The translations under genes and the position numbers were made by a program. 64,000 bases of DNA from Rebecca billardiae RCC1528. Its lineage: Eukaryota; Protista; Haptophyta. The notes below the pieces were generated by a model. It was given only the letters and a program-made list of their open reading frames with translations, was not told where the DNA came from and ran no database searches. The stretch lies in NCBI GenBank assembly GCA_965240325.2, contig OZ251243.1:186001-250000 (forward strand). Direction: 5' to 3'. Positions 54,232 to 64,000 of the stretch are shown one piece after another. The first letter of the stretch is position 1, and each line of letters begins with the position of its first letter.

Positions 54232-54974
54232 GAGCACGGGTCAGAAGCCAGATCTCTCTGCGCGCTCGCGCCTGCGTGGTGAGGCACTGGCAGGCTTGTT
54301 GTGTTCTCATCATCTTGGCCAAGACTGCAGCCTGAAAGATGCGCGAGGACGCGTGTGCACGCCTTTCCGCGCGCCATGGGTGCGCGCGGCACGCACCTTG
54401 TCGTCATCTACGCCGAGGAGGCCTGAACAACCGGCCCACCAACCTGCCGTGACCATGTTCAAATGCAGGCCGCAAGCTGCATGCGAGCGCACGCAACGGA
54501 AACATCTCACGCTCGACAAGGAAGTGGTGGCGGAGCGAGTAGAGCTGGTATCGTTTGCAGTCCATCTGTCGTTCAACAATCCTGGTTCACCAACTGACAC
54601 GGGCGCGACGCAGCCAAGGCAGAGTGCTTGCAGCTTGCAGCGCGCCCGCAACCGCGGTTTGCCGCCGCGGCGCGGCGATCGTCACACTGCCGTGTGCTGC
54701 AAGTGACCTCTGTGTCATGGCGAAGCACCATGGCAAGGCTTAGCAGCAAGCCTTGACATGATCTTTCGCTACAGCTCAGCGCCCTAGTACGGACATGCGC
54801 CAACGACGTGCCATCACTACTCCGCAATCGCACCCACCACAAGCGGGCAAGCCGCCATTGTACCGCGTTTTGGCGGATGTCGCCGTTGGGCTCTCGTAGA
54901 AATAAAACAGGCCTCACTCGTTATTGATGTGTATTTAATATATTATTATTATTATTATTGAGTATATATATATA

Positions 54975-56374
54975 TTAATAGAGGCGGCGGCTCTGCTTTT
55001 GCCCCGCCGGATCAGCACGCGTCGTCGCAGTGTCAGCAGCAGCTGCAGCAGCAGCAGGAGTGTCGTCATGATCACGACGAGGATGACGAGTAGCTGCTGA
55101 GAGGAGCTGTAGGCTGTACGATGCGACGAGCGCCATCAGGACGAGAAGGCCCAGCGGAAGGACGGCGAACAGGAAGAGCGTCGAGTTGCGCCCCAGCACC
55201 GTGGACACTGAGCGAGGGTGCGACGTGGCATCGTGCTCGGACAGCAGCAGCTCCAACGACCGGTTGGTCATGGGGCACGCCGCGTGCTTGTACCCGGACA
55301 GCTCGCGCTCGAGCGCATACACGGCCTTGGGCTGGTGCTCGTAGTCTGCTGTGGGCTCGGCAGGGCGGCCGCCGTACGCACGCGCCACGGCGCTGCGGAC
55401 GTACCCCTGGGTGCGGCTGTAGCTCATGCCGGGCGTGCGCGCGTTGGCGGCCGCAGCGATCGCCTGCTGCGCAAGCCGCCCGTATGCGGCGGCGCGGAAG
55501 CTCGGCGTGGTCAGCGAGCTGGCGCCGTCCCAGCTCGTCACGGCGAGCACATCGGCGACCGTGGCCTCGTACGCGATGCCCGTCGACGCCTCTGTCAGCC
55601 CGAAGAAGAAGTTGAAGCCCTCGCGACTCGGCCTGATCCACGCGCGCGCCCAGTCGTCGCTCGAAGCCAGCCGCCACTCGGCCACAGAGCAGCCGCTCAA
55701 CGGCAGGACCACGGCAGGCGGCGGGGACGGCGCGGACGGTGGCAGCGGCGGCGGCGACGGCGGCAGCGGCGGCCCCGGCGGCCTCGGCGGCGGCGACGCG
55801 AAGCAGCTCGGTATCCGACGGCCGTGCGCGCTGAGGCAGCGCGTCCGCCCTGGCTCGTACCAGAGGCCCGCGGGGAGATCCGTGCTGCAGAAGCTCTGCC
55901 GCCCGTTGTCGGAGGAGAAGTCCAGCGCGATGGTCACGTCGTGCTGCGGGGAGGGCGCGCCCTCGTCCGAGCACAGGCCGGGGAGCGGTAGCCCTCTGAC
56001 GACGACGTGGCCGCCAAAGTTGATGGAGATCTCCGCATCGACCCGCCCCATGTGCAGCAGCTCGCGCCCCCACAGCTCCACGTTGAGCGTCGAGCTGCTC
56101 GGCTCCGATGGGCGTCGATCTGGAGGGTGTGCAGGCCGACCACGCTCCCCAGATCGACGTACCTGATGGCGCGCGAGCTGGTCCGCATCGCCGTCACCTC
56201 GGTCGGTGCGCTAGCGAAGACGCTGCTCACGGCGTCGTCATCGACGGTGACGAAAGGACACGCGCCCGTGTCACACACTTGCGCCAGATCGGACGCGAGC
56301 ACGTGGGTGGCGTGGGCGAAGGGCACGGCCGCCGCGATTATGGCGAGGCAGGCAAGGCAAGAGCTGTCGTGCAT
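54975..56374 (-). CDS. Secreted or type-I membrane protein of unknown function (short Pro-rich linker, C-terminal TM)
   Basis: Signal peptide MHDSSCLACLAIIAAAVPFAHA at 56374. It joins ORF 54975..56081 either through a 68-bp GT-AG intron (56095-56162) or a 1-bp frameshift near 56110. TM segment LFLFAVLPLGLLVLMALVASY. Confidence 0.6.
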
Positions 56375-56779
56375 TGCGGGATGAGGCGTGAGCCGCAGCG
56401 GCAGGTGCGGCCGGGGCGGAGCGACTGTGAGTGAGTGACGCGATGCGATGACGGTGATGAAAGCCGAGCGCGCCGTTCGATCCCAGGTCCGGCCAATCCG
56501 GAGTGCTTCCGGGCGTCTCAGAATCCGAAAGACTGAAAGAGCAAAGGAAGCACTCCTGGCCATCTACTGACCAAGAGTCTCACGCGATCTCATTCTCAGA
56601 CTGAGACTGACTGACTGACTGTTACAGACTTCGACTCAGCAATGGTATAGTCACGACTTAGTCAGCAGTCTCAGTGTCAGTCTAGTGTCAGTCTGTCACC
56701 GTGAGACTAGACTGGCTATCAGAGAGTGACTCAGCATGGCCGCGTGAGCAAGGCTCGCCCGCCCGCACGCGCCGGCGTC

Positions 56780-58252
56780 TCAGCCGCACGCGCGCAGGAG
56801 CGCGCCGTACGCCTCGTGGCACTGCCTGCGCGCCTGGCGGCAGTAGGCGTGCGCGCGCTGCCTGTGGTGCCGCAGGTACGGCTCGACGTCCGTCAGCAGC
56901 GCCGTGGGGCACTTGGCGCCGCCGCCGTGCGCGCGCGCGCGCGCGCGCGGCGCCGTCATGTTGCGCAGCGTGTGCAGCCTGCACCCGCCCGAGCCGTCGC
57001 CAAGCTCCTCGTGCATCGTCCGGATCACCGCCGCCGCCGAGCGCACGTCGGCGGGCGCGTCCGCCCACTGCCGCTTGAACTCGTTGGCGTAGTGGTGGTA
57101 CAGCGCGCTGTCCACGCCGTTCAGCGCCATCAGCCGGCGGCGCTGCGCGGCGGAGAAGCGCACGTCGCGCCGCGCGTCGCGGTTCGACTTCTGCCGCACC
57201 GCCGCGAGCTCCTCCGGCGCTACCCTGTACGCCCCGATCCGGTGCCGCAGCAGCGCCAGCCCCTCCGGAAGCCGCTCGAGGAGAATCGCCACGTCCAGCG
57301 CAGAGTCGAGCTGCTGCAGCCAGCGCCGCACGCGCGCGCCGTCGCGGTCGTGCCGCGTCGAGCGCGCGTTGCCCTCGAAGCCGTACCAGCCGAGGTCGTG
57401 CGCCTGGTTGTTGATGAAGCGCACCTCGTCTGCCCACCATGTCACGACGCGCGCGCGCGCGCGCCGCGGGGCCAGCGCGCCGCTGGCGCCGACGGCTGAG
57501 GGGCACGCGCCGCGCCGGGCCACGCACCGCGCGCGCGGCCAGCGCGCGCGGCGCGCCGCGTCGCGCACCGACTTGGTCGAGCGGCAAGTGGCGCGCCCGC
57601 TCCAACCGCCGTATCAGCGCGTCCACCGCGCCGCTGCCCGGGTAGTGGTGATACCAGTTGAGCGCTGAGGACAGCCGCGAGAACGGCTCGCGCAGCACGG
57701 TGAAGATGAGCGGCGTGAGGTGGTGCCGCGCGTACGCGCGCATGGCGTGCGGGCTGAGCACGGCGTGCGACGCGATCACGTCGAACTGGTGCCGCGCCTG
57801 CGGGTACCCGCTGCCGGGGAACGCCTGCGGGTAGTTGAGCGAGGTGGTCGCGTGATTGCACGGCAGCATCACCGTCAGGTTCCGCCAGTCGGCCATGCGC
57901 AGCAGCATGGTGGAGATGGACGAGGAGCCCGTCTTGTGCGTCTGCGCCGCATTGGACGAGCGCGCGTGCCACGCGCGCGCACGCTGAGGCTCGGCGCTGC
58001 CCGCTCGCGGCAGCGCGCACGCTCTTGCGCCGCAACGTGCGCAGCGGCGCGGGCGCTGGCGCGCGCCTTGACAAAGATGAGCGGGCGGAGCGGGTGCATG
58101 GCAAGCTCACGGCGCTTGTGCGCGGAGAGTAGGAAGCCGTCGATGCCGCCGAGCGGGCCCAGCCCAGCCGAGGCCTCGCCGTGCACCTGGCTCTCCGCGA
58201 GGAGGAGCACTCCCGCCAGGGCGAACGAGTGCCGCGCCCTCGCGGCCGCCAT
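56780..58252 (-). CDS. Galactose-3-O-sulfotransferase-like protein (~402 aa, 3 exons)
   Basis: Exons 58067-58252, 57569-57941, 56780-57429. Splicing yields LIFVK|THKTGSS (Gal3ST-type 5'-PSB), FTVLREPFSRLSSALNWY (3'-PB), NNQAHDLG, LLERLPEGLALL and NGVDSALY. Intron 1 (57942-58066) is GC-AG; intron 2 (57430-57568) is GT-AG. Confidence 0.85.
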
Positions 58253-58374
58253 TGGTGTCGTCACTGCCCCAATGGGCACGCTGGCGGACGAGTGAGGAGT
58301 GAGGACGACCGTTTGGCCAGATTTGGCGATGATCGAAGCAGTTTACAAAGTCGAGTGTCGACGAGTGCAGCAGG

Positions 58375-59472
58375 ATGGCGCCCAACGCGGCGCCCAGCGC
58401 GCTGCGCCGGGCGGTTGGCGCGCTCCTCGTTGCGAGCGCGAGCGCGCAGGCGGCGCTGTACCGCGGGTGCGCGCCCCAGCACCACGGCGTCGCGGGCTCG
58501 ACGCTGCCCAACCTCGTCGTGATCGGCGTGCAGAAGGCCGGCACTACCTCCCTCAGGCAGGTGCTCAGGAAGTCGTCCGACGTCTGCTGGAACCGGAGCG
58601 GCAGAGAGGGCCACTTCTTCGACAACCCGAGCTTCCTGAACCAGTCGGTCGACGCGATGGCGCTCAGCCGGTACGCCCGCGAGTGGTCCATGTGCGCGTC
58701 CGGCAAGGTGCGCGCGGAGAAGACACCCAACTACTTGCTCACACCGCGCGCGGCGCTGCGCGCGTGCGAGGCGTTGCACGCGCCCGCGCTCGCCGTCATC
58801 CTGCGCGAGCCGGCAGCTCGCGCCTTTTCGTCCTTCTTCCAGGTGATGTCGAGACAATGGGCCGCTGCCCGCCTCAAGGTGCCCGACAGCGCCCACGGCT
58901 TCGACCAGGTCGCGCTGCTCGACGTCGAGATCGCGACCAAGTGCGGAGGCGTGCCGACGGCGGAGATGCTCGACGGCGTGCCGAGCGCGCGCGAGCGCGC
59001 GGTGTTCCACACTTGCTGCGCGCGCGTCGCTATAGCGCGCGGGCACGCGCACTGGCTCGGCTGCGTCTGCGACAAGCGCCTCAGCAGCTGCATGGCCTTT
59101 GGCGACAAGTACGCGATGCCCGTGCGCATGGGCGTGTACGCAGCGTACCTGCGGCAGTGGTACACGCGCCACCCGGCGTCCTCGCTGGCCGTGCTCGACT
59201 TTGCGGACGTTGTGGCCGACATGGCGGGCACCGCGCGCGCGCTCGTGCGGCTCGCGCAGACGCCGGCGCACGCGCGCCACGCGGGCGTGCGCGCGCACAG
59301 CCCGCCCAATGCGTCCTCACACGGCGCCGTGCACGCCAACTCGAGGGCGCTCGGGCGCGAGATGCTCAACCACACCGCGCGCCTGCTGCGCGGCTTCTAC
59401 GCGCCCTTCAACGAGGAACTCTTCGAGCTGATCGGCAGGCGGATGCGCGGCTGGGACGGCCGGCGCCAGTGA
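58375..59472 (+). CDS. Heparan-sulfate 3-O-sulfotransferase/NDST-like sulfotransferase, copy 1
   Basis: Signal peptide; LPNLVVIGVQKAGTTSL, EGHFFD, EKTPNY, VILREPAARAFSSF, and C-terminal LRGFYAPFNEELFELIG. Confidence 0.88.
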   Translation: MAPNAAPSALRRAVGALLVASASAQAALYRGCAPQHHGVAGSTLPNLVVIGVQKAGTTSLRQVLRKSSDVCWNRSGREGHFFDNPSFLNQSVDAMALSRYAREWSMCASGKVRAEKTPNYLLTPRAALRACEALHAPALAVILREPAARAFSSFFQVMSRQWAAARLKVPDSAHGFDQVALLDVEIATKCGGVPTAEMLDGVPSARERAVFHTCCARVAIARGHAHWLGCVCDKRLSSCMAFGDKYAMPVRMGVYAAYLRQWYTRHPASSLAVLDFADVVADMAGTARALVRLAQTPAHARHAGVRAHSPPNASSHGAVHANSRALGREMLNHTARLLRGFYAPFNEELFELIGRRMRGWDGRRQ

Positions 59473-59595
59473 GGGCGATCGGCGCAGTGGTCCCCCATAC
59501 ATGATCGAACGAATGACGAGTGCTGATGAGTGATGACGACTTGACACTGAGTCACACTGACGACAATGACGACACCGAATTCACACTCCGAAGCA

Positions 59596-60702
59596 ATGGC
59601 GCCCGGCGCGCTGCGCCGAACGGTTGGCGCGCTCCTCGTCGTGGGCGCGGGCGCGAGTGCGCAGTCAGCGGCGGCGGCGCTGTACCGCGGGTGCACGTCC
59701 AAGCACCACGGTGTCGCGGGCTCGACGCTGCCCAACCTCGTCGTGATCGGCGTGCAGAAGGCCGGCACATCCTCGCTCAGGCAGGTGCTCATCAAGTCGT
59801 CCGACGTCTGCTGGAACCGGAGCGGCGGCGAGGTGCACTTCTTCGACGACCCGAGCTTCCGGAACCACTCGGTCGACGCGCTGGCGCTCAGGCGGTACGC
59901 TGGCGAGTGGGCCCGATGCGCGCCCGGCAAGGTGCGCGGAGAGAAGTCACCGAGCTACTACCTCTTGCCGCGCACGGCGCTGCGCGCGTGCGAGGCGTTG
60001 CACGCGCCCGCGCTCGCCGTCATCCTGCGCGAGCCAGCGGCGCGCGCGCTCTCGTCCTTCTTCCACACGATGGTAATGTCGAGACAATGGGCCGGCGCCA
60101 ACCTCAAGGTGCCCGACAGCGCCCACGGCTTCGACCAGGTCGCGCGGCTCGACGTCGAGATCGCGACCAAGTGCGGAGGCGTGCCGACGGCGCAGATGCT
60201 CGACGGCGTGCCGAGCGCGCGCGAGCGCGCGGTGTTTCAGACATGCTGCGCGCGCGTTGCTAGCGCGCATGGGCACCCGCACTGGCCAGGCTGCGTCTGC
60301 GACGAGCAGAGCCGCGCGTGCATGCCCTTTGGCGACAAGCGCGCGATGCCGGTGCGCATGGGCGTGTACGCAGCGTACCTGCGGCAGTGGTACACGCGCC
60401 ACCCGGCGTCCTCGCTGGCCGTGCTCGACTTTGCGGACGTGGTGACCAACATGGCGGGCACCGCGCGCGCGCTCGTGCGGCTCGCGCAGACGCCGGCGCG
60501 AGCGCGCCGAGCGGGCGCGCACGCGCACCGGCCGCCCAGCGCGCAGTCGTCGCACGGCGTGCACGCCAACTCGAAGGCACACGGGCGCGAGATGCTCAAC
60601 CACACCGCGCATTTACTGCGCGCCTTCTACGCGCCCTTCAACGCGCAGCTCTTCGAGCTGATCGGCAGGCGGATGCGCGGCTGGGATGGCCGGCGCCACT
60701 GA
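59596..60702 (+). CDS. HS3ST/NDST-like sulfotransferase, copy 2
   Basis: QKAGTSSL, EVHFFD, EKSPSY, REPAARALSSF; paralogous to copy 1. Confidence 0.88.
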   Translation: MAPGALRRTVGALLVVGAGASAQSAAAALYRGCTSKHHGVAGSTLPNLVVIGVQKAGTSSLRQVLIKSSDVCWNRSGGEVHFFDDPSFRNHSVDALALRRYAGEWARCAPGKVRGEKSPSYYLLPRTALRACEALHAPALAVILREPAARALSSFFHTMVMSRQWAGANLKVPDSAHGFDQVARLDVEIATKCGGVPTAQMLDGVPSARERAVFQTCCARVASAHGHPHWPGCVCDEQSRACMPFGDKRAMPVRMGVYAAYLRQWYTRHPASSLAVLDFADVVTNMAGTARALVRLAQTPARARRAGAHAHRPPSAQSSHGVHANSKAHGREMLNHTAHLLRAFYAPFNAQLFELIGRRMRGWDGRRH

Positions 60703-61039
60703 GGGCGATAGCGGATAGGCGCAGCGGTTGGGCGATGGCCCCATGACCCATCCCAGCACACGGGCCGGGCGGCAGGCGGCAGCCGTCCGACCGTCCTTGG
60801 TGGCTGCGCCGACTAGCCGCTCGAGTGCTGTGCGCAAGCCCGGGCACTCGCCGTCCGAGGCCGACACCGCCGGGAGCACCACGTCCACCGCCAGGGTGGC
60901 CACGCCTGCCGCGAACTCTCAAAGATGGAACTTTCGGATTCGTCACAATCAATCGTCGCGGGACGAACGAGCGAGCGGCGAGCTCGCGTCAACCGCTGGG
61001 TCGACGGACCTCAACCTGCTGGAACAGCCTGGATGCGAT

Positions 61040-62143
61040 ATGCCGCCTGGCGCGCTGCGCCCGACGGTTGGCGCGCTCCTCGTCGTGGGCGCGGGCGCGA
61101 GCGCGCAGGCAGCGGCGGCAGCGCTGTACCGCGGGTGCACGCCCCAGCACCATGGCGTCGCGGGCTCGACGTTGCCCAGCCTCGTCGTGATCGGCGTGCA
61201 GAAGGGCGGTACCACCTCGCTCGGGCAGGTGCTCAAAAAGTCGTCCGACGTCTGCTGGAACCGGAGCGGCGGCGAGGTGCACTTCTTCGACGACCCGAGC
61301 TTCCGGAACCACTCGGTCGGCGCGCTGGCACTCAGGCGGTACGGCCGCGAGTGGGCCTGGTGCGCGTCCGGCAAGGTGCGCGCGGAGAAGACACCGAGCT
61401 ACTACCTCGCACCGCGCACGGCGCTGCGCGCGTGCGAGGCGTTGCACGCGCCCGCGCTCGCCGTCATCCTGCGCGAGCCAGCGGCGCGCGCGCTCTCGTC
61501 CTTCTTCCACGCGATGTCGAGCCACTGGGGCCCCGCCAACCTCAAGGTGCCTGACAACGCCTACGGCTTCGACCAGGTCGCGCGGCTCGACGTCGAGATC
61601 GCGACCAAGTGCGGAGGCGTGCCGACGGCGCAGATGCTCGACGGCGTGCCGAGCGCGCGCGAGCGCGCGGTGTTCCACACGTGCTGCGCGCGCATTGCGC
61701 GCGCGCACGGGCACGCGCACTGGCCAGGCTGCGTCTGCGACGAGCACACTCGCAGGTGCATGCCCTTTGGCGACAAGCGCGCGATGCCGGTGCGCATGGG
61801 CGTGTACGCGCCGTACCTGCGGCAGTGGTACACGCGCCACCCGGCGTCCTCGCTGGCCGTGCTCGACTTTGCGGACGTGGTGACCAACATGGCGGGCACC
61901 GCGCGCGCGCTCGTGCGGCTCGCGCAGACGCCGGCGCACGCGCGCCACGCGGGCGCGCACGCGCACCTGCTGCCGCCCAGCGCGCAGTCGTCGCACGGCG
62001 TGCACGTCAACTCAAAGGCACACGGGCGCGAGATGCTCAACCACACCACGCGCCTGCTGCGCGGCTTCTACGCGCCCTTCAACGCGCAGCTCTTCGAGCT
62101 GATCGGCAGGCGGATGCGCGGCTGGGACGGCCGGCGCCAGTGA
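61040..62143 (+). CDS. HS3ST/NDST-like sulfotransferase, copy 3
   Basis: ATG at 61040 aligns with the paralogue starts; QKGGTTSL, EVHFFD, EKTPSY. Confidence 0.88.
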   Translation: MPPGALRPTVGALLVVGAGASAQAAAAALYRGCTPQHHGVAGSTLPSLVVIGVQKGGTTSLGQVLKKSSDVCWNRSGGEVHFFDDPSFRNHSVGALALRRYGREWAWCASGKVRAEKTPSYYLAPRTALRACEALHAPALAVILREPAARALSSFFHAMSSHWGPANLKVPDNAYGFDQVARLDVEIATKCGGVPTAQMLDGVPSARERAVFHTCCARIARAHGHAHWPGCVCDEHTRRCMPFGDKRAMPVRMGVYAPYLRQWYTRHPASSLAVLDFADVVTNMAGTARALVRLAQTPAHARHAGAHAHLLPPSAQSSHGVHVNSKAHGREMLNHTTRLLRGFYAPFNAQLFELIGRRMRGWDGRRQ

Positions 62144-62265
62144 GGGCGATCGGCGCAGTGGTCCCCCATACATGATCGAACGAATGACGAGTGCTGATGA
62201 CGACTTGACACTGAGTCACACTGACGACACTGACGACACCGAATTCATCACACTCCGATGAAGCA

Positions 62266-63369
62266 ATGGCGCCCGGCGCGCTGCGCCGAACGGTTGGCGC
62301 GCTCCTCGTCGTGGGCGCGGGCGCGAGCGCGCAGGCGGCGGCGGCAGCGCTGTACCGTGGGTGCACGCCCCAGCACCACGGCGTCGCGGGCTCGACGCTG
62401 CCCAACCTCGTCGTGATCGGCGTGCAGAAGGCCGGCACCACCTCGCTCAGGCAGGTGCTCAGGAAGTCGTCCGACGTCTGCTGGAACCGGAGCGGCCCCG
62501 AGGTGCGCTTCTTCGACGACCCAAGCTTCCGGAACCACTCGGTCGACGCGATGGCGCTCAGGCGGTACGCCGGTCTGTGGTCCATGTGCGCGTCCGGCAA
62601 GGTGCGCGCGGAGAAGACACCCAACTACTTGCTCGCGCCGCGCACGGCGCTGCGCGCGTGCGAGGCGTTGCACGCGCCCGCGCTCGCCGTCATTCTGCGC
62701 GAGCCGGCAGCGCGCGCCTTCTCGTCCTTCTTCCAGACGATGTCGAGACCATGGGCCCCATCCCGCCTCAAGGTGCCTGACAGCGCCCACGGCTTCGACC
62801 AGGTCGCGCGGCTCGACGTCGAGATCGCGACCAAGTGCGGAGGCGTGCCGACGGCGCAGATGCTCGACGGCGTGCCGAGCGCGCGAGAGCGCGCGGTGTT
62901 CCAGACGTGCTGCACGTTCGTCGCGCGCGTGCACGGGCACGCGCACTGGCCCGGCTGCATCTGCGACGAGCGCACCTACAACTGCATGCCCTTTGGCGAC
63001 AATCGCGCTATGCCCGTGCGCATGGGCGTGTACGCAGCGTACCTGCGGCAGTGGTACACGCGCCACCCGGCGTCCTCGCTGGCCGTGCTCGACTTTGCGG
63101 ACGTGGTGACCAACATGGCGGGCACCGCGCGCGCGCTCGTGCGGCTCGCGCAGACGCCGGCACACGCGCGCCACGCGGGCGCGCACGCGCACCTGCTGCC
63201 GCCCAGCGCGCAGTCGTCGCACGGCGTGCACGTCAACTCAAAGGCACACGGGCGCGAGATGCTCAACCACACCGCGCGCCTGCTGCGCGGCTTCTACGCG
63301 CCCTTCAACGAGGAACTCTTCGAGCTGATCGGCAGGCGGATGCGCGGCCGGGACGGCCGGCCCCAGTGA
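62266..63369 (+). CDS. HS3ST/NDST-like sulfotransferase, copy 4
   Basis: QKAGTTSL, EVRFFD (His replaced by Arg), EKTPNY, REPAARAFSSF. Confidence 0.88.
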   Translation: MAPGALRRTVGALLVVGAGASAQAAAAALYRGCTPQHHGVAGSTLPNLVVIGVQKAGTTSLRQVLRKSSDVCWNRSGPEVRFFDDPSFRNHSVDAMALRRYAGLWSMCASGKVRAEKTPNYLLAPRTALRACEALHAPALAVILREPAARAFSSFFQTMSRPWAPSRLKVPDSAHGFDQVARLDVEIATKCGGVPTAQMLDGVPSARERAVFQTCCTFVARVHGHAHWPGCICDERTYNCMPFGDNRAMPVRMGVYAAYLRQWYTRHPASSLAVLDFADVVTNMAGTARALVRLAQTPAHARHAGAHAHLLPPSAQSSHGVHVNSKAHGREMLNHTARLLRGFYAPFNEELFELIGRRMRGRDGRPQ

Positions 63370-63695
63370 GGGCGGACGGCGCAGCGGTTGGCGCTTGTCC
63401 CATTCCAGCACACGGGCCTGATCAGCCGGCGCCACCGCCTGCGCGCGGCCCGGATGGATGGGCGCGTTCGGCCGCATTCGTCGCGGTGCCGGAGGAGCCA
63501 GGAAGCTGCATGCCCGGGTGCCTGCTCGCCGTCCGAAGTCCGTCTCCCGGTCTCCCCGGTCGAGTCCCGGACGACGACGAACGGCCATCGGTGCCATCCG
63601 CGAGTACTGCACTCGGCGGATTTACTCTGCAGACGTAGACTCTGCTGGGACGACGACGCGCGAACGCGTTGATGATCATCAGCGCATATATGATG

Positions 63696-63824
<129 letters not shown>

Positions 63825-64000
63825 GTGTTATTGGATACAATAATAACTGAGTGTGTACGAGCTGCGTGACGGCGGGGCTCGCCGTGATGTGGCCTCTCAC
63901 TCTGTTGCACCCAGCTCGCAGATTTCGTCATGAACCTTCTACGGGTACACGGCTGGCTGCTGCATCATAACCTGGAGTGAGATGGCTTCTCGGGCGCTTC

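Overview
Very GC-rich, gene-dense eukaryotic DNA with short GC-rich spliceosomal introns (GTGCG donors, one GC-AG) and (TA)n islands. This style suggests a haptophyte alga such as Pavlovales/Diacronema, which is my inference only. Left to right the window holds: a ureide-permease-like transporter; a CRAL-TRIO protein; a giant 6-exon gene on the minus strand (~6,860 aa: signal peptide, seven RCC1-like repeats, a ~3,800-aa Ser-Pro3 stalk, IPT/TIG, REJ-like and GPS regions, TM helices and a cytoplasmic EF-hand pair); a 3'-truncated non-LTR retroelement fragment; and a head-to-head stalkless paralogue (2,175 aa) that shares near-identical DNA patches with the giant gene. Next is a PAP2 phosphatase gene split after codon 14 by a 5.5-kb non-autonomous element with ~854-bp terminal inverted repeats and a 5-bp target-site duplication, then a TFxP-repeat coiled-coil gene. 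The right end carries a 10.5-kb cluster of six secretory-pathway sulfotransferases from three families, including four tandem HS3ST-like paralogues. Most of the long Arg-, Gly- or Ala-rich ORFs in the track are shadow frames. All domain calls come from motif recognition by eye; no database search was run.
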